From Patescibacteria group bacterium (GTDB lineage: Bacteria; Patescibacteriota; Microgenomatia; Levybacterales; UBA12049), in assembly GCA_036392095.1 (NCBI GenBank), contig DASVYQ010000070.1, forward strand, positions 1 through 53,196: DNA of 53,196 nucleotides, written 5' to 3'. The notes under the pieces were generated by a model. The model saw only the letters and a list, made by a program, of their open reading frames with translations, had not been told where the DNA came from and did no database searches. This document shows, one piece after another, positions 51,386 through 53,196 of this stretch; positions within the stretch are counted from its first letter, which is position 1; the number at the start of each line of letters is the position of its first letter. The position numbers were made by a program, and so were the translations under genes.

Positions 51386-52875
51386 CATCATTTTTTGCAT
51401 GGATTTTTACCCGGTACCCTGTTAAAACACGAAGATTCCTAGAAATTTTACCTGGGTTTATTTCTTGGACACTTATATTATTCCCAATTTGGGGAGCACT
51501 GCTTATTCCAACATTCCTTGCTTATTTTATTCTTTTTTTTGACATTTATTGGTTTTATAAATCATTTTCTTTAACAATTATGGCTTTTATTGCTTCAAAA
51601 AGAATTCAAGAAGCAGAAAAAGAAAATTGGGTCGAAAAAGCAAAAAAACTTTCCCATTTTGAAGAGAATAGCCATATTGTTGTCATCCCAAATTATAAAG
51701 AGAAAACAGAAAAACTTAGAGCAACCATTGCAACTATTGCCAAACAAACTTTTCCTGCAAAACGCTTGTATGTTGTCTTAGCAATGGAAGAAAGAGAAGA
51801 AGGTGCAAAAGAAAAAGCAAAACAATTAATAGATGAATTTAAACCGATTTTTGGTGATATATTTGCTTCTTTCCATCCAGATATTAAAGGAGAAGTAAAA
51901 GGAAAATCTTCTAATGAAAGCTATGGAGCAAAAGCAGCATATAAAAAATTGGTTACCACAAAGAAAATTAATATTGATTATGCAACTATTTCCTCTGTAG
52001 ATGCTGATTCAATTTTTGACAAACAATATTTTGCATATCTTTCTTATAGTTTTTTATCAGATGAAAAACGACATAATAAATTCTGGCAATCTGCAAATGT
52101 AAATTATAATAATTTCTGGGATGTTCCAGCACCTGTGAGAGTACTCGCATTCTTTGGCTCTCTTTGGAGAACTGCACTTTTAATTCAAGGAGATAGATTG
52201 GTTTCAAACTCTACTTACTCTCTTTCTTTTAAAATGCTTTCTGATATTGGATTTTGGGATGTAGATGTAATTCCTGAAGATTATAGAATTTTCTTTAAAG
52301 CTTTCTTTGCACTTAAAGGAAATGTTTGGGTTGTTCCAATGTTCTTAAAAACATCTATGGATGCTCCACTATCATCTTCTTATTGGAAAAGTATAAAAAA
52401 TAAATATGAACAAGAAAGACGATGGTCCTGGGGAGTTTCTGATGATCCATTATTTATTAAATGGTGGTTTACGGTACCTGGAGTTCCATTTGTAAGAAAA
52501 ACTCTTATGCTTTATCATGTGCTATTAGATCATTTTCTCTGGCCAGTTAGTTGGTTTATTATTACCGTTGCAGCCAATATCATTACTTTCGTAAATCCTG
52601 TTTTTGCAAGAACAAACTTAGGGTACAAATTACCTCAATTGGCAGGATTTATTTTAACAATGTGTATTTTTGCAACACTTACGATGATAGTTATAGATTA
52701 TAGGAACAGAAGAGAAACACAAAAAATTTCAAAAACAAGACAATTCTTTTTCCCACTTGAATTTGTCTTGCTTCCAATAGTAGGATTTTTCTTAGGGGCA
52801 TTACCTGCCCTTATTTCGCATACTCAACTTATGTTTGGAAAACGTATAGAATATAAAGTGACAGAGAAACTATGA
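51382..52875 (+). CDS. Integral-membrane family-2 glycosyltransferase (processive, cellulose/chitin-synthase-like)
   Basis: 497 aa. N- and C-terminal TM bundles. GT-A core HIVVIPNYKEK...SVDADS, and a Q-x-x-RW-type motif (EQERRWSWG). ATGA overlap with tatD. Confidence 0.65.
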   Translation: MTSFFAWIFTRYPVKTRRFLEILPGFISWTLILFPIWGALLIPTFLAYFILFFDIYWFYKSFSLTIMAFIASKRIQEAEKENWVEKAKKLSHFEENSHIVVIPNYKEKTEKLRATIATIAKQTFPAKRLYVVLAMEEREEGAKEKAKQLIDEFKPIFGDIFASFHPDIKGEVKGKSSNESYGAKAAYKKLVTTKKINIDYATISSVDADSIFDKQYFAYLSYSFLSDEKRHNKFWQSANVNYNNFWDVPAPVRVLAFFGSLWRTALLIQGDRLVSNSTYSLSFKMLSDIGFWDVDVIPEDYRIFFKAFFALKGNVWVVPMFLKTSMDAPLSSSYWKSIKNKYEQERRWSWGVSDDPLFIKWWFTVPGVPFVRKTLMLYHVLLDHFLWPVSWFIITVAANIITFVNPVFARTNLGYKLPQLAGFILTMCIFATLTMIVIDYRNRRETQKISKTRQFFFPLEFVLLPIVGFFLGALPALISHTQLMFGKRIEYKVTEKL

Positions 52876-53196
52876 AAAAACTTTTAGCTCTTGCTGCCCA
52901 TAAGAATACTATTTTTTTAATTATTGTTTCCTGTATATTTACTCTTTTAAGACTCCCCTCTTTTTTTGAGCCGTATTGGTATGGTGATGAAGGCATTTAT
53001 GAAGTAATTGGATTTGCTTTAAGGCACGGCAGAATGCTTTATACTGGGATTTGGGATAATAAACCTCCTCTTTTATATATAATGTATGCATTAGTAGATG
53101 GGAATCAGCAAGGAGCAAAGATTTTATCTTGGTTTTTTGGATTATTAAGTATTATTTTGTTCTTCTTTTTTTCAAAAAAAATTTTTAAAAACCAAA
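52872..53196 (+). CDS. GT-C-fold glycosyltransferase (ArnT/PMT-like), N-terminal part (continues beyond window)
   Basis: Hand translation: MKKLLALAAHKNTIFLIIVSCIFTLLRLPSFFEPYWYGDEGIYEVIGFALRHGRMLYTGIWDNKPPLLY... The first-loop pattern (Y.DE..Y, DNKPPL) is typical of ArnT/PMT-type enzymes. ATGA overlap with the GT2 gene. Confidence 0.5.
   Translation, partial: MKKLLALAAHKNTIFLIIVSCIFTLLRLPSFFEPYWYGDEGIYEVIGFALRHGRMLYTGIWDNKPPLLYIMYALVDGNQQGAKILSWFFGLLSIILFFFFSKKIFKNQ

Noticed and set aside
1-53196. Possibility of an alternative genetic code (UGA recoding), as in some CPR lineages.
   Set aside because: Conserved proteins terminate at their expected C-termini on TGA (for example the CBS-like gene, the sortase, and the several ATGA start/stop overlaps). 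No conserved gene is interrupted by in-frame TGA.

Overview
AT-rich, very gene-dense 53.2-kb chromosomal segment that uses the standard bacterial code (TGA acts as a stop at conserved protein ends). Most genes are core information-processing and envelope functions. They include rpoB-rpoC-rpsL-rpsG with a displaced fusA, a tightly coupled alaS...mltG operon, ftsK, rnj, the nusA-infB-rpsO-pnp cluster, a CIRCE-controlled hrcA-grpE-dnaK-dnaJ operon, metG and tatD. Many proteins are domain-minimised: AlaRS lacks C-Ala, IF-2 starts at the G domain, HrcA is 243 aa, and DnaJ lacks the zinc finger. Metabolism looks salvage-oriented and a sortase is present. Together this suggests, by inference only, a reduced-genome monoderm of the Patescibacteria/CPR type. 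By eye I found no rRNA, tRNA, CRISPR array, transposase or integrase; every intergenic region is under 300 nt. The RNA and regulatory elements I can support are an FMN riboswitch with terminator ahead of an ECF transporter, a CIRCE-like operator, several intrinsic terminators, and a three-hairpin attenuator-like leader ahead of a CBS/CGL operon. There are also many sigma70-like promoters placed so close to start codons that the transcripts would be leaderless or nearly so. The best novelty candidates are: (1) a membrane-anchored double-AAA+ Clp-like ATPase without an M domain and with a degenerate NBD1, appended with two tiny membrane proteins to the dnaK operon. (2) A Cache-like sensor, TM and C-terminal winged-helix one-component regulator, flanked by a repeated 12-mer palindromic motif and followed by a small Cys-containing exported peptide. 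(3) An 822-aa actin-fold-like/TM/baseplate-J-like protein translationally coupled to a sortase inside the alaS-mltG operon. (4) A str operon split by a block with its own promoters and flanked by near-identical hairpins. All functional calls rest on motif recognition by eye; no database search was run.
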